From Octopus vulgaris (Eukaryota), in assembly GCA_951406725.2 (NCBI GenBank), contig OX597841.1, forward strand, positions 9,424,001-9,488,000: a stretch of DNA of 64,000 nucleotides, in the 5' to 3' direction. Every line of letters starts with the position of its first letter. Position 1 is the stretch's first letter. Of this stretch, positions 62,492-64,000 are shown piece after piece. A program made the translations under genes and the position numbers. Below the pieces are notes generated by a model that saw only the letters and a list, made by a program, of their open reading frames with translations, searched no databases and was not told where the DNA came from.

Positions 62492-62927
62492 CGGTGGTGG
62501 TGGTAATTGCTTCCCGTGTGTTTTAGAGTTACATGAAATGAAGTGTGTTGTTCCCTGGCAAATGACAGCCGCTGACACAGACAGATATTTATAAATAGAC
62601 AAACAAGGAAGTGAAAATAAAATTTGAAGGGAAAAGAAAAGCAACAACAGTGAAATGATTGAAAAGAATATTTGAAGAGGAGGGAGGGAGAGAGAGGGAA
62701 GGAGAGAGAGGGGGAGGGAGAGAGAGGGAGGGAGAGAGAGAGGAAGAGAGAGAGGAGAGGGAGAGAGGAGAGAGAGAGAGGGGAGAGAGGAGAGGAGGTA
62801 AAGAATAAGGCAGAGCAGAGAAAAACAAAACCCAAAAAAGTAACAGAACTGAAATGGGAAGCTGAATGAAGAGTCGGACTTTCCAAGCCTGCCATCACAA
62901 CAATACAAACGAGATATAAAGCTGAGA

Positions 62928-63570
62928 GGTGCAGGTGTGGCTGTGTGGTAAAAAGCTTACTTCCCAACCACAAGGTACCAGGTTCAGTCCCACTGTCTGG
63001 CACCTTGGGGAAGTGTCTTCTACTATAGCCTTGGGTTGACCAAAGCCTTGTGAGTGGATTTGGTAGATGGAAACTGAAAGAAGCCTGTCACGCACATATG
63101 TGTGTGTATGTATGTATGTAGATCAAGGACGTATATTGCAGGTGTGCCAGGTGTGCACTGAACACCTGTCGACAGTGGAAAATTCATTATAAAATATTGA
63201 CCTTACTCGTTAATTTAATCAGAAATCTTAACGGAAAACTTTTGTTAAGCTCCTGCTTGAAATTTGGTGGCACTGGGTGTGGCAGCACATCCAATACAAT
63301 AATCACCATACGCCAGTGCGTATGTATGTATATGTAAGTATATATCTATGTGTCTACGTCTGTGCTTGCAAACCCCCCCCCCACCACCAACAACACAGCT
63401 TAACAACCGGTGTCGGCATATTTATGTCCCTGTTACTTAACAGTTTGGCAAAAGTATAAGTAGTAGGCTTTAAGGAGTAAGTCCTGGTGCCAATTTGTTT
63501 GACTAAAAGACTTCAAGGCAGTGCCCCAGCATGGCCACAGTCTCACAACTAAAACAAATAACAGAATAAA
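62928..63570 (+). mobile_element. tRNA-derived SINE with central microsatellite/insert and LINE-like 3' tail
   Basis: A-box-like GTGGCTGTGTGG and B-box-like GGTTCAGTCCC; 3' end GGCAGTGCCCCAGCATGGCCACAG. Confidence 0.8.
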
Positions 63571-63835
63571 CAATAGTCGTATTAGTTAAAGAAATGGGGG
63601 TCAGTGCCTTGACAGTGTCTCCCTGCACCTGCCATCTGTTGGTGATTCCTTACAACTCATGCAGCACTCGGGTGACAACCTTCCAAACGCATGGGTCTGT
63701 TTGGGGAAGTTGTTGCTGTTGAGGGTTTTACAAAGTCAGAGTACAAATCCAGCCTCATCCTCTATTAATCAGCTTTTATGATAAGCAGAGGAAATGCTGG
63801 GTCTATGCTTTGACATGTCAGTCCCCACATGGCTC

Positions 63836-63942
63836 CAGAGCAATGTGAAATGAAGGGTTCTGTTCAGGGACATGCCACCTGAGTCGAGGATCGAACCCAC
63901 AATCTCATGTCATGCATACAGCAGCCTAACCACCGGGCCATA
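63836..63942 (-). mobile_element. Degenerate tRNA-derived SINE head
   Basis: The reverse strand has TGGCCCGGTGGTTAGG (A box) and GGTTCGATCC (B box). Confidence 0.6.
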
Positions 63943-64000
63943 TCCTTTCCAACCCCATGGCTTCAGGTTCAATCCCGCTGCGCCTCACATTGGACCAGCC

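Noticed and set aside
63124-63320. Possible MITE inside the SINE (CAAGGACGTAT...ATACGCCAGTG)
   Set aside because: Terminal inverted repeats are too degenerate and there is no clear target-site duplication.

Overview
Eukaryotic, microsatellite-rich DNA. The SINE/LINE families resemble those I recall from octopus; this is an inference, not a search result. Positions 1-~49400 are a head-to-tail tandem array with a period of about 5.66 kb, containing 8 near-complete units and 1 truncated unit. Each unit is [~1 kb TA/TG spacer punctuated by a ~30-bp motif] + [174-bp module A] + [~4.2-kb CR1-group non-LTR retrotransposon: CCCH-finger ORF1, APE endonuclease, linker, RT, stem-loop and (ATCA)n tail] + [175-bp module B, a near-identical direct repeat of A]. 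All complete copies share the same two +1 frameshifts in ORF2, and non-LINE flanks are amplified with the element, so the array most likely grew by DNA-level duplication. One 'solo' module lacking the LINE (24016-24189) looks like the product of A x B recombination. The array ends at a microhomology deletion next to a ~590-codon NHL/beta-propeller-like reading frame with one in-frame TGA. The remaining ~13 kb holds an older CR1 copy, a near-full-length RTE element with a PHD finger inside its RT, CR1 and Dong/R4 3' fragments, tRNA-derived SINEs and microsatellites.
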